From: Planctomycetota bacterium
GTDB taxonomy: Bacteria; Planctomycetota; UBA1135; UBA2386
Direction: 5' to 3'
Assembly: GCA_965223545.1 (NCBI GenBank)
Contig: OZ245006.1
Coordinates: forward strand, 2,720,001-2,784,000
Length of the DNA: 64,000 nt
In this document: positions 30,416 through 39,755 of the stretch, piece by piece
Layout: every line of letters begins with the position of its first letter
Position numbering within the stretch: the stretch's first letter is position 1
Notes under the pieces: generated by a model
The model's database searches: none
Told to the model about the DNA's origin: nothing
What the model saw: the letters and a program-made list of their open reading frames with translations, nothing else
Program-made: the position numbers and the translations under genes

Positions 30416-32164
30416 TCAGCCCGCCACCGGCATCGCCGGTCCGAGCTGGCGCTCGATCGCCGACATCAGCACCTTGAGCCGGACCGGCTTGGTGACGAAC
30501 TCGTCACACCCCGCGGTCAGCGCACGCTCTCGGTTCTCCGCCGACGTGTTGGCGGTGACGGCGATGATCGGGCCGCGGTAGCCCTGCCGCCGGATCTCCT
30601 CGGTGGCGCCGCAGCCGTCGAGCTCCGGCATCTGGATGTCCATCAGGATGGCGCAGTAGGGGCGTCCGGCGGCAAACGAGTCCAGCACGCGCTGGACCGC
30701 CACCCGGCCGTTCTCGGCGATGTCTACCTCGAAGCCGGCCTTGCGCATGATCAGCGAGATCAGCTTCTGGTTGTCGGGCCCGTCTTCTGCCAGCAGCATG
30801 CGCACGTTCGCATCCAGCGCGTCGGCCGAGCCACCCGGATCCGGCACGGCGCACTCCACCGACGCCGGAGACTGTTGCGGCGCGTCGCGCTTGCGGCGCG
30901 CGGCGACCGCCTCTGCCAGCGATTCCACGAGCGCACCGCCGGCCGGGCCGGCATCGATGGTCGCGGTGAAGACGCTGCCGACTCCCGGCTGACTCGACAC
31001 CGTCAAGTCGCCGCCGAGCAGCCGGGTGAACCGACGTGCGATGGTCAGGCCGAGGCCGGTGCCGCCGAACGCGCGGGTCATCGATCCGTCACCCTGGCGG
31101 AACGGCTCGAAGATCGAGGACAGCGCCTCCTCGCTCATGCCGACCCCGGTATCCGCGACCGCGATGCGCAGCCGCGGCGCCGCGGTTTCCAGGCCCGGGC
31201 AGCTGACGATCACCCGCACTTCACCGGTCTCGGTGAACTTGATCGCGTTGCCGACCAGGTTGAGCAGGATCTGCAACAGCCGCGCCGGATCGGTGCGCAC
31301 GACACTCGTCACCGGGGTCGTGCTCTCCAGCAAGAACCGCAACCCCTTTTCCTCGGCGCGCGGCCGCAGAATCGCCTCGACGTCGGCCAGAATCTCGACC
31401 GCGGAGCAGTCGACGCTCTCGATCTCGGTGCCGCCGCTCTCCATCTTGGAGAGGTCGAGAACATCGCTGATCAGCGCGAGCAGGTGCTTGCCGTTGCGCC
31501 GGATCGCCTCGACGCACTGCCGCTGCTGGCCACCCGTAGCGCCCTCGGCGAGCAGGTCGGCGTTGCCGATGATCGCGTTCATCGGCGTGCGCATCTCATG
31601 ACTCATGTTGGCGACGAAGTTGGACGTCGCCTGGTGGCTCGCCTCCTCGGTCTGCAGTGCGTGCCGCATCGCCCGGCGCCAGCGTCGGGCGCAGAGCGCC
31701 ATTCCGCCGAGCACACTCCACAACGCCAACAAGCCGGCGGCGAGCCACCACGGCATGGAGGACTCGACAGCCGCCGCGTCCGCCCCTGCCGAGGCGCGAT
31801 TTCGAACGGCCAGCAAGACGAACCCATCGGCCTCATCGCCCCGCGCTTCCGGATCCTCCGGCTCGCTGAACGGAACGACATCGAGAGAATCCACGGCCAC
31901 CACCGGGGCCGCGTGGTACTCGATCCCATCCTCGAAGTGCGCCCCGCGCAGGGCCCGGGACAAAGCCTCCGGCGACACTTCGAGCCCGCCGACCAAGACC
32001 TGCTGCGGCTGCTCGTCCTCGTCGTACAACACCGCGGCGGCGAGTTCGCCAAGCGGCGGCGCCGTCGGCTCGGCGGCGAGTCGCGCCCGGTCGGAGACGG
32101 TACGGACCACCCCCATGCTGAGCGCCGCGGTGATCGCGACGGCTGCCGCGATCCAGACCGCCAT
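30416..32164 (-). CDS. Membrane hybrid sensor histidine kinase / response regulator
   Basis: Two TMs; ANMSHEMRTPMNAI, NLVGNAIKFT, DTGVGM, GGTGLGL; receiver LLAEDGPDN..ILMDIQMPELDG..KP. Confidence 0.95.
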   Translation of the reverse strand: MAVWIAAAVAITAALSMGVVRTVSDRARLAAEPTAPPLGELAAAVLYDEDEQPQQVLVGGLEVSPEALSRALRGAHFEDGIEYHAAPVVAVDSLDVVPFSEPEDPEARGDEADGFVLLAVRNRASAGADAAAVESSMPWWLAAGLLALWSVLGGMALCARRWRRAMRHALQTEEASHQATSNFVANMSHEMRTPMNAIIGNADLLAEGATGGQQRQCVEAIRRNGKHLLALISDVLDLSKMESGGTEIESVDCSAVEILADVEAILRPRAEEKGLRFLLESTTPVTSVVRTDPARLLQILLNLVGNAIKFTETGEVRVIVSCPGLETAAPRLRIAVADTGVGMSEEALSSIFEPFRQGDGSMTRAFGGTGLGLTIARRFTRLLGGDLTVSSQPGVGSVFTATIDAGPAGGALVESLAEAVAARRKRDAPQQSPASVECAVPDPGGSADALDANVRMLLAEDGPDNQKLISLIMRKAGFEVDIAENGRVAVQRVLDSFAAGRPYCAILMDIQMPELDGCGATEEIRRQGYRGPIIAVTANTSAENRERALTAGCDEFVTKPVRLKVLMSAIERQLGPAMPVAG

Positions 32165-32366
32165 CCCACGTCCGCCGGAATCGATCACCTGCCGATTGCA
32201 TCGGCCACTCCGGGCCAGCCGCTGTAGATCACCCAGCTCCTTCGGCCACGGCGCGACCGTCCCGTTGTGGGACGTCATCTGCGGAATCCGTTGACGCGTT
32301 CCGATACAGGTCTTGCCGCGCGGCTGACGCCGCTGGCAACACTCGGGAGAAGAGAGAGCCGATCGA

Positions 32367-33977
32367 ATGATGGTTTGCACGTCGCCAACTCGCCATGCCT
32401 CGGGCAGGAGGTGCACCCACCGCCTGCCCGGCAAGCCGGTCTTCGCACTGGGCGCCGCCCTGTTGCTGGGTTCTGCCGCACTCAACGCGCAGAATCCTCC
32501 TCAGATCAAGGGCATCACCAGCTCGGCGGCCGGCGTCAACCTGGCGCCTCATACCTACTACTCCCCCAGCTGGGTGTTCGTCGACGTGTTCAAGCACGCC
32601 GCGCCCTGGTGGGCCCAATCGACGACCAGCTCGACGTGGAGTACCGGCCTGCCACTCGACCAGGATGCCGACGGCTGGATCCGGTCGTTGAGTCCCGGCC
32701 AGGCCGCCGGCACCCTGATCTACCAGAACACCGGCGGGCGCTACCCGGGCGGACGCTACATCGCGACCTACGACGGCGACGGCGAGCTGCAGTTCGGCTT
32801 CGACGCGCGCATCGCGAGCAGTCAACCGGGGCGGATCGAGATCGACGTGTCGCCGAGCGACAACGGCATCTACGTCAAGCTCGTGCGCACCAATCCGGCG
32901 AACTACTTGCGCAACCTGCGCATCACCGAAGCCCGCTTCGAGAACCACGGCAGCGCGTTTCATCCGCGCTTCCTGAACACCAGCAAGGTGTTCAGCGTGC
33001 AGCGCTTCATGGACTGGCAGCGCACCAACGACTCGCCGATCCGCAGCTGGGGCCAGCGCACGACGGGGACCTCTCATACGCAGGCCGGCGACGCCGGCGT
33101 CGCGCTCGAGTACATGATCGATCTGTGCAACGAGCTGGGGGTCGACGGCTGGTTCTGCGTGCCGCACTTGGCCGACGACTTCTACGTGCAGCAGTTCGCG
33201 TCGCTGCTGCGCGACCGCCTCGATCCCGGCCTGCGCGCCTACATCGAGTACTCGAACGAGGTCTGGAACAGCCAGTTCGTGCAGTGCGGCTACGCCCAAC
33301 AAGAAGGCCTGCGGCGCAACCTGTCCGGCGACCCCGTGCTGGCCGGCATGCGCTTCTACGCGCAGCGCTCGAGCGAGATCCACACCATCTGCACACGCGT
33401 GTTCGCCGGCAGCAGCCGGCTGGTGCGCGTGCTGGCCTCGCAGAACGCCAACCCGTGGATCGGCGAGCAGATCATGGACTGGAACAACGCCGCGCAAACC
33501 GCCGACGCGCTTGCCGTCGCCCCGTACTTCGGTGGCTTCCTCGGCAATCCATCGACGACGTGGACCGTGACCGGCAAGACCGTTCCCGAAGTCTTGGTCG
33601 ACGCTTACCTGGACGTCACCGACGTGATGGGGCGCGCGCAGGAAAACGCCGACAACGCGGCTGCGCGCGGCCTCTCGCTGATCGCGTACGAGGGCGGCCA
33701 GCACCTCGTCGGCTTCGGCGGTGCGCAGAACGACCCGGTGCTGACGCAGCTGTTCGTCGCCGCCAACCGGCACCCCCACATGGGGCTGCTGCAGCGCTAC
33801 TTCTACGACAAGTGGCGCCAAGCCGGCGGCGGCCTGATGGTTGCCTACAACTCGACGTCGCCCTACACGAAATGGGGCTCCTGGGGACTGACCGAAGCCA
33901 TGGACCAGGACCCGCTGCGCGCGCCCAAGATGTGGGCGGTGCTGGACTACATCTTCTGGAACCCCAAATGGTGGTAG
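32367..33977 (+). CDS. Secreted putative glycoside hydrolase (TIM-barrel, clan GH-A-like)
   Basis: Signal peptide ending ALNA|Q; RFMDW, YIEYSNEVWN and IAYEGGQHL motifs; start uncertain. Confidence 0.7.
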   Translation: MMVCTSPTRHASGRRCTHRLPGKPVFALGAALLLGSAALNAQNPPQIKGITSSAAGVNLAPHTYYSPSWVFVDVFKHAAPWWAQSTTSSTWSTGLPLDQDADGWIRSLSPGQAAGTLIYQNTGGRYPGGRYIATYDGDGELQFGFDARIASSQPGRIEIDVSPSDNGIYVKLVRTNPANYLRNLRITEARFENHGSAFHPRFLNTSKVFSVQRFMDWQRTNDSPIRSWGQRTTGTSHTQAGDAGVALEYMIDLCNELGVDGWFCVPHLADDFYVQQFASLLRDRLDPGLRAYIEYSNEVWNSQFVQCGYAQQEGLRRNLSGDPVLAGMRFYAQRSSEIHTICTRVFAGSSRLVRVLASQNANPWIGEQIMDWNNAAQTADALAVAPYFGGFLGNPSTTWTVTGKTVPEVLVDAYLDVTDVMGRAQENADNAAARGLSLIAYEGGQHLVGFGGAQNDPVLTQLFVAANRHPHMGLLQRYFYDKWRQAGGGLMVAYNSTSPYTKWGSWGLTEAMDQDPLRAPKMWAVLDYIFWNPKWW

Positions 33978-34056
33978 CCTTTTCAGGCATCCCGTGCCCA
34001 CGGGGTAAATTCGGCGCCACCCGCTGCGTTGTTCTGCCCATCCCCCCGCAAGAGCC

Positions 34057-35082
34057 ATGGCACTCAGCAAGCTCGCTCCGATCCGCTACACCGGCCACCG
34101 CGCCCTGGCCGCGTTGAGCTACGCGCGGGAACGCCGGCTGCGATCCGGCGCCCGCGCATTTCGCGGCCCGACGGCCACCACACCACTGCAGCGCAAGGCC
34201 CTGGCCGAGCTGCAGGAGCACGGTATCACCCGCATCGAGGGCTTGGTCCCGGACGCCATCCTCGAGAGTCTGCGGAGCGGCATCCGCGAGATGGTCGAAA
34301 ACGTCGATGCGCGCGCCGATCGAGTGTCGGCGATGGCGCCGGACGGCTCCTTCGATCCGATGCGCCACCGCGACATCCAGTTCGACGAGCAGACCGGCGC
34401 CGCCTGCTACGACCCGGACTTCCGCATCTACACCAGCAACGATCCGTTCCAGCTGCGGCCGGAGCTGTGGAAGCTCGCGCTCGGCGACGACCTGGTCCGC
34501 ATCGCCAACTCGTACTTCGGCCGGCAGGCGTACGTCGCGCGCGGACTGGCAGTCCGCCACCTGCCATCCCCACCGCGTGACGTCTACCAGTGGCGTTGGC
34601 ACCACGACTCGTGGGGCCGCAAGCTCAACGTCCACATCCTGCTCACCGACATCGGCGACGACGGTCAGTTCTTGGCCTACAAGATGGGCACCCACAAGCT
34701 GTATCACGGCTACCGGAGCTTTCGCACGCCGGAGATCGAAGACGACGAGTACGAACGGCGCTACGCCAGCCTGCCGACGTTCAAGACCACCGGCAAAGCC
34801 GGCGACTTGATGCTGCTGGACGGCAACGGCATCCACCGCGCGACCAGTGGCGAGACGCTGCGCGACGCCTACCTGCTGATGTACTACCCGGACCGCACGT
34901 TCTCGTTCGGGCACGCCTTCCCGCCGGAGGTCCAGCGGGAGTTCACCGACGAGCAGCGGGTCGCGGCGCGCGAGATCATCCGCACGCGGCGGATCAAGCA
35001 AGAGCGCGGCGAGCACAACATCCTGCCCTTGCTCGGCGCCAACTGGTGGAAGACGCTGCCGCACGTGCGCGCCTGGATGTAG
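34057..35082 (+). CDS. PhyH-like Fe(II)/2-oxoglutarate dioxygenase
   Basis: WHHD (HxD) and GKAGDLMLLDGNGIHRA distal His. Confidence 0.75.
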   Translation: MALSKLAPIRYTGHRALAALSYARERRLRSGARAFRGPTATTPLQRKALAELQEHGITRIEGLVPDAILESLRSGIREMVENVDARADRVSAMAPDGSFDPMRHRDIQFDEQTGAACYDPDFRIYTSNDPFQLRPELWKLALGDDLVRIANSYFGRQAYVARGLAVRHLPSPPRDVYQWRWHHDSWGRKLNVHILLTDIGDDGQFLAYKMGTHKLYHGYRSFRTPEIEDDEYERRYASLPTFKTTGKAGDLMLLDGNGIHRATSGETLRDAYLLMYYPDRTFSFGHAFPPEVQREFTDEQRVAAREIIRTRRIKQERGEHNILPLLGANWWKTLPHVRAWM

Positions 35083-35226
35083 GTGCGCGCCGGCGCGGCT
35101 CGGACCGGCGCGGAAAATTGGAAGTCGTGGTCAACCGCCGCACGGCGACCGACTAGTCGTATAGGAGCGGGCCGCACGCGTCCCCGCCGGCCGGCCGACC
35201 TTGCAGGGCTTGACGCCCCAACCTCC

Positions 35227-35802
35227 ATGCGCTCACTCGTGATTGCCGCCGCCATCGGCGGGGTGCTTCTCGTCTGCCTCTGGACGCCGGCGAGCGCCGC
35301 CCCCCCGGCGGCGCCGCAGCACATCGCCGAGCAAGAGCCCGACAGCCCACCGGCCGGTCCCGCGCCCGCCCTGCGCCCGGAGCAGCCCAAGGAGCCCGAG
35401 ACGGACCTGCCGCCGGAGTTCTTCGCCGCGCTGCCTCCGCATTCGAGGATCGGCCTGCGGTTGCCGGCCGGCCTCACCAGCGGTCTGCGCTGCCCGGACG
35501 GCAGCTTCCTCCCCCTCCTCAACGGCGTGCCCGAGGCGGCACCGATCCAGCGCTTGGCTCGCTACGGGCCGCTGCCGCCGGTGGTTGCCAAGCGCACCGA
35601 CGCCGGCGGCGACGAGTGGTACGAGCACGCGGACGGCTCGCTGACCACCACGCGGTGGGTCGAAGTGACCGCACTCGGCGTCACGACGCGCGACGTCGAG
35701 ACCACCCACTGCACGCCCAACGACCAAACCGCGGCGGTGAGCCTGGCTCCGGCCCCGCGTCCGACCGCCCCGGCGAAGGAGCCGGATCCCCTTCCGCGCT
35801 GA
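35227..35802 (+). CDS. Hypothetical exported Pro-rich protein
   Basis: Hydrophobic N-terminus; globular core CPDGSFLPLLNGV..EWYEHADGSLTTT. Confidence 0.65.
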   Translation: MRSLVIAAAIGGVLLVCLWTPASAAPPAAPQHIAEQEPDSPPAGPAPALRPEQPKEPETDLPPEFFAALPPHSRIGLRLPAGLTSGLRCPDGSFLPLLNGVPEAAPIQRLARYGPLPPVVAKRTDAGGDEWYEHADGSLTTTRWVEVTALGVTTRDVETTHCTPNDQTAAVSLAPAPRPTAPAKEPDPLPR

Positions 35803-35863
35803 CGGTCGATCGTCACCGCAACCGCCCCCGCCCCATTCAGTCTCTCCTCTACTCCGAACTGTC

Positions 35864-37033
35864 ATGCAACAGCTCCTCGGCCTCGCCGCGTTGGCTTCGC
35901 TGGCGGCACCGCTCGCCGCGCAAGGCTTCAGCAACGCCGTCATCCGCAACAACGAGCCCTACTTCGTCACCGCGACCGCCACCAGTGCGGCCACCGGCCA
36001 AAACTACAACTGGGACCCGGTCAACCCGGGCGAGTACTCGCGGGGCACGCTCGCCGCACCCGTCGGCGTGCCGGCCAACACGTGGAGCTGGCGCATTCTT
36101 CCCCGCGAGATCAACTACCGATCCGGCAACCGGCAGGTCTCGGGCTTCGTCCACGACCTGCGCCTGTCGGCCGAGACCGCGACCAGCTGGACCGGGGTCT
36201 ACGAGCCGGAGGTGCAGCTGATGGCGACCGTCCCACGCCCGTCGGTCGCAGGCGCCCTCAACCCTGACTGGAACAAGGTGCTGGTGAGCATCGGCGAGAA
36301 CCCGGTCCCTCCGCTGGGCACGCAACAAGTGACGGTGACCCGCGCGCTCGCCAACCCGATCAACGTCCCCAGCGATCCCAGCAACCCGCAGGGCAGTGAT
36401 CACCTGGCCCTGGCGCTGAAGTTCCGCGGCGGGGAGAGCAAGTGGATCAACGGCGCCCAGGGCTTCGTCGGCTCCTGGATGGACGGCCCGACGCCGTCGA
36501 CGACAACCGGCTTCTACTACCCGACCAGCCGAGTGACCGCGCACAGCACCGATCCCCGCTTCGTGCTGTGGGCCACCTACATGGAGGCCGAGCCGACGAT
36601 CAACGTCTACTCGGACTGGGGTCAACGCCGCTTTCCGCCGCAACCGACCCCGCTGTTGGGACACTCGATCGGGACCTACTACTCCGACATCGCCACCGCC
36701 TCGGGCAACCTCGGCCTCAGCGTGCGCGCCGCCAACTACCCCGGCGGCTTCGCCGCCGTGTTGTTCAACTTCGGGCCCTGGATCCCGGTCGCGTTCCCGC
36801 TGTTCGGCCAGACCGTCGAGCTCAATGTGGCCGACCCCAACCTCGGCCTCTTCGGCGGCATCCCCGGCGTCGGCCTACTCCAGCTCGATCCCAACGGAGC
36901 CGCAGACGGCTTCTCGATCCCGATCCCGGCCAACGCCGCCTTCACCGGCACCTCGATGGGCTTCGAAGCCCTGGTCTTCGACCCCCTCCTCACCATCCAA
37001 GCCAGCACCGGCAGCGCCTTCGTACAAAACTGA
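35864..37033 (+). CDS. Secreted beta-rich protein with conserved C-terminal domain
   Basis: Signal peptide ending PLAA|Q; C-terminus FSIPIPANAAFTGTSMGFEALVFDP. Confidence 0.8.
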   Translation: MQQLLGLAALASLAAPLAAQGFSNAVIRNNEPYFVTATATSAATGQNYNWDPVNPGEYSRGTLAAPVGVPANTWSWRILPREINYRSGNRQVSGFVHDLRLSAETATSWTGVYEPEVQLMATVPRPSVAGALNPDWNKVLVSIGENPVPPLGTQQVTVTRALANPINVPSDPSNPQGSDHLALALKFRGGESKWINGAQGFVGSWMDGPTPSTTTGFYYPTSRVTAHSTDPRFVLWATYMEAEPTINVYSDWGQRRFPPQPTPLLGHSIGTYYSDIATASGNLGLSVRAANYPGGFAAVLFNFGPWIPVAFPLFGQTVELNVADPNLGLFGGIPGVGLLQLDPNGAADGFSIPIPANAAFTGTSMGFEALVFDPLLTIQASTGSAFVQN

Positions 37034-37047
37034 AGGTACGGAGCCAG

Positions 37048-37297
37048 TCCTGCCCCGGCAGATTTGTCGGCCCTTCAGGGCAGGAAACTAGCCGCTGAGG
37101 AAGGGGGAGGGGAACGTGTGAGGGGCCCGGCAGCTACGCCCCCAATAGCCACTGGAGCACGTTTGCCCCAGAGCCAGTCTGGGTCCGAGTTGGCCATCCT
37201 TCACTGGTGAGGGGCACGTCGCCGTGCCCACTCCCGCAGGTCAGATTCGTTTGATCGCCGCCTCGGGCCGGGCCCACCACAACAATGAGGATGAAGT
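37048..37297 (+). ncRNA. Candidate IS110 bridge RNA (left non-coding end)
   Basis: 250 nt upstream of the recombinase with hairpins 37048-37085, 37167-37183 and 37212-37229; location expected for IS110-group bridge RNAs; boundaries unknown. Confidence 0.6.
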
Positions 37298-38680
37298 ATG
37301 GCTGGGAAGAGCAGAACGAGGAAGGGCAAGAAGCCCGCAGCGGAAGTATTGCCAGTCGTGAAGCCCAACGCCGCCGGAATCGACATCGGCAGCCGCGAGC
37401 ACTGGGTGTGCGCAGCAGCACCCGACGGCAGTCGTCCGATCAAGCGATTCGGAACGACGACGCCCCAGCTAGAGGCGCTCGCGGACTGGCTGGAGGAGCT
37501 CGGAGTGCGATCCGTCGCGATGGAGAGCACCTATGTCTACTGGATTCCCGTCTACGAGCTACTCGAGTCGAGAGGCTTCGAGGTCATCCTCGCGAATGCC
37601 CGCGAGGTGAAGAACGTGCCGGGCCGCTCCAAGTCCGATGCCAGCGATTGCAGTTGGCTGCAGAAGCTACACACCTATGGCCTCATTCGCGCTTCGTTCC
37701 GGCCTCCGAAGGACATCTGTGCGTTGCGGACCCTGCAACGCCATGCCGCGTCTTTGATCGCGCAGCGCACGCGCCACACGCAGTTGATGCAGCGGTCACT
37801 GGATCAGATGAACGTGGCGATCCATCGCGCGGTAACGGACATCACCGGCAAGACCGGCCTCGCGATCATCCGCGCGATTCTCGCTGGTGAACGCGACCCT
37901 CGAGCGCTCGCCAGACTGCGTGATCCGCGCTGCAAGATCTCCGAGAAGGAGCTCGCGGATCACTTGCAAGGGACCTGGATCGAGGAGCACATCTTCACTC
38001 TCGCTTCGGGCTTGCGGATGCTCGAGCACACCGACCACGAGATCGAGTCGGTCGAGAAGCGATTGATGGCGATGATCGAGGACCTGCAACCGGAGGAAGC
38101 CAAGACGGCCGACGTCCCCGAGCATCCAGACCCCCGCAAGGAGAGGAGCATCCGAACGAAGGGCGGCCGGGAGCTTCGCGATGCCCTCTGCCGGCTCGTC
38201 GGGTGTGATCTCACGCGAATCGACGGTATCAGCCCGAGCACGGCCATGATCGTGCTCACCGAGGTCGGCTACGACCTCGAAGCTTTCCCGACCGAGAAGC
38301 ACTTCGTCTCCTGGCTACGCCTGTGCCCACGTCAAGCCGTCTCGGGTGGAAAGCGCATCAAGAAGCACCGCAACAACATCGCGGTCAGCAGGATCGCCAC
38401 GGTCCTCCGGATGGCCGCCCTGTCCCTCCAACGTACTCAGACAGCTCTCGGCGCACACTTCCGCAAGATCGCCCGCGCGAAGGACGGCAACGTCGCCATC
38501 TTTGCCATCGCCCGCAAACTGGCCCTGCTCATCTACCGCATGCTGAAGTTCGGCCAGGACTACGTAGACGAAGGCGCCAAGGCCTACGAGGAGCGCTTCA
38601 CCCAGCGACGCATCGTCGGACTCCGACAGAACGCTAAATCCCTCGGGTACAAGCTCATACCGATCGCCGAGGCTGGGTGA
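37298..38680 (+). CDS. IS110-family DEDD recombinase/transposase
   Basis: GIDIG, MESTYVYW, KSDASDC (DEDD RuvC-like); IDGISP HhH; C-terminal AVSGGK serine motif. Confidence 0.95.
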   Translation: MAGKSRTRKGKKPAAEVLPVVKPNAAGIDIGSREHWVCAAAPDGSRPIKRFGTTTPQLEALADWLEELGVRSVAMESTYVYWIPVYELLESRGFEVILANAREVKNVPGRSKSDASDCSWLQKLHTYGLIRASFRPPKDICALRTLQRHAASLIAQRTRHTQLMQRSLDQMNVAIHRAVTDITGKTGLAIIRAILAGERDPRALARLRDPRCKISEKELADHLQGTWIEEHIFTLASGLRMLEHTDHEIESVEKRLMAMIEDLQPEEAKTADVPEHPDPRKERSIRTKGGRELRDALCRLVGCDLTRIDGISPSTAMIVLTEVGYDLEAFPTEKHFVSWLRLCPRQAVSGGKRIKKHRNNIAVSRIATVLRMAALSLQRTQTALGAHFRKIARAKDGNVAIFAIARKLALLIYRMLKFGQDYVDEGAKAYEERFTQRRIVGLRQNAKSLGYKLIPIAEAG

Positions 38681-38703
38681 GTTTCAGGTCAGGCTCCGTA
38701 CCG

Positions 38704-39672
38704 TCAGCGACCGCCGTCTGTCTCGGTGGGCGGCGCCTCCGAGGTCGCGCGGAGCGCGGCCCCGACGAACGCGAGCGAACGCGGCAGCTGCCGCTGCAGA
38801 CTGCCGCTGCCCCAGGAGTGCCCGCCTCCGTCGACCAGCACGAACTCGTGCGCGACACCTCGTTCGGTCAACACCTCGGCGAGTTCCTGATTGGCGGGGG
38901 TGAAGCCGTAGCGATCGGCGGTGCCGGCGTCGAAGTACATGCGCAGCGGCGCCAGCGCCTCGGACGCGAGATCGCGAGCCAGCGCCAGCGGCATCTCGGC
39001 GGCCCACTTCGCCGGCTCGATCGGATCGCCGAAGACCTCGTCCAACCCGCTGCTCTGGATCAAGCGCTGCACCATGCGCCCGCGGCGTCCCTCGAGCGCG
39101 GAGGGATCCGCCGGCATGATGGCAGACGAATGCGCGGCGACGATGCCGAATACCCCGGGATGCCGCATGGCGATCTTGAGCGCGCCAAAGCCCCCCATGC
39201 TCACCCCCATGATCGCGCGCCGGCGCGCCGCGGGATCGACCGCGTAATGCTCCGCCAAGAACCGCGGCAAGGCCTCGACGACGAGCTTCTCCTGGTCGCC
39301 GTCGGGGCCACCGTCGATGTAGAGCGGCCGACGGCCGACGCCGAGTGAAACGAAGATGACCGCGGGGATCGCGTCGTCCGCGCGCGCCGCGTCGAGCGCC
39401 AGCCCGCCGCCCTCGGCGTGGAACTTCCGATGGCTCTCGTTGCGGCCGTGCAGCCAGACGACCCAGGGGTAGCGCGTGCCCTCGGCCGCAGCCTCGGCAT
39501 AGTCGACCGGCAGGTAGACCAGGGCCCGCGCGGTGCCGCCCTCGGGAATGGGCAGCTCGACCTCTTGCAAGGTGAAGTGCGTCAGCTCGGGACCGCTCGC
39601 CCCGTCGCCGCGCTGACCGACGAGACTGGCTGCAAGACCGGCGACGACCGCCGCGAAACCGAACATCCGCAT
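38704..39672 (-). CDS. Secreted alpha/beta-hydrolase esterase
   Basis: YPWVVWLHG, GVSMGG nucleophile elbow, FDAGTAD, GGGHSW. Confidence 0.9.
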   Translation of the reverse strand: MRMFGFAAVVAGLAASLVGQRGDGASGPELTHFTLQEVELPIPEGGTARALVYLPVDYAEAAAEGTRYPWVVWLHGRNESHRKFHAEGGGLALDAARADDAIPAVIFVSLGVGRRPLYIDGGPDGDQEKLVVEALPRFLAEHYAVDPAARRRAIMGVSMGGFGALKIAMRHPGVFGIVAAHSSAIMPADPSALEGRRGRMVQRLIQSSGLDEVFGDPIEPAKWAAEMPLALARDLASEALAPLRMYFDAGTADRYGFTPANQELAEVLTERGVAHEFVLVDGGGHSWGSGSLQRQLPRSLAFVGAALRATSEAPPTETDGGR

Positions 39673-39755
39673 GGTGGTGAGTGTTCCTCAGAAGAGTGGG
39701 GAGACCGAGGCCAGCATATCGGCGGCGGCCCGCGCGAGCGCGATTGCGCTGACGC

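Larger units (their letters stand above)
37048..38687 (+). mobile_element. IS110-family element inserted into a REP-like hairpin
   Basis: Flanks GGTACGGAGC-CAG (37035-37047) and CAG-GTCAGGCTCCGTACC (38685-38702); CAG at both junctions; no TIRs; long left and 7 nt right non-coding ends. Confidence 0.85.

Noticed and set aside
35739..35751. 13 nt match to the REP unit (GAGCCTGGCTCCG)
   Set aside because: Inside a CDS and lacks the GTAC foot; plausibly chance at this GC content.
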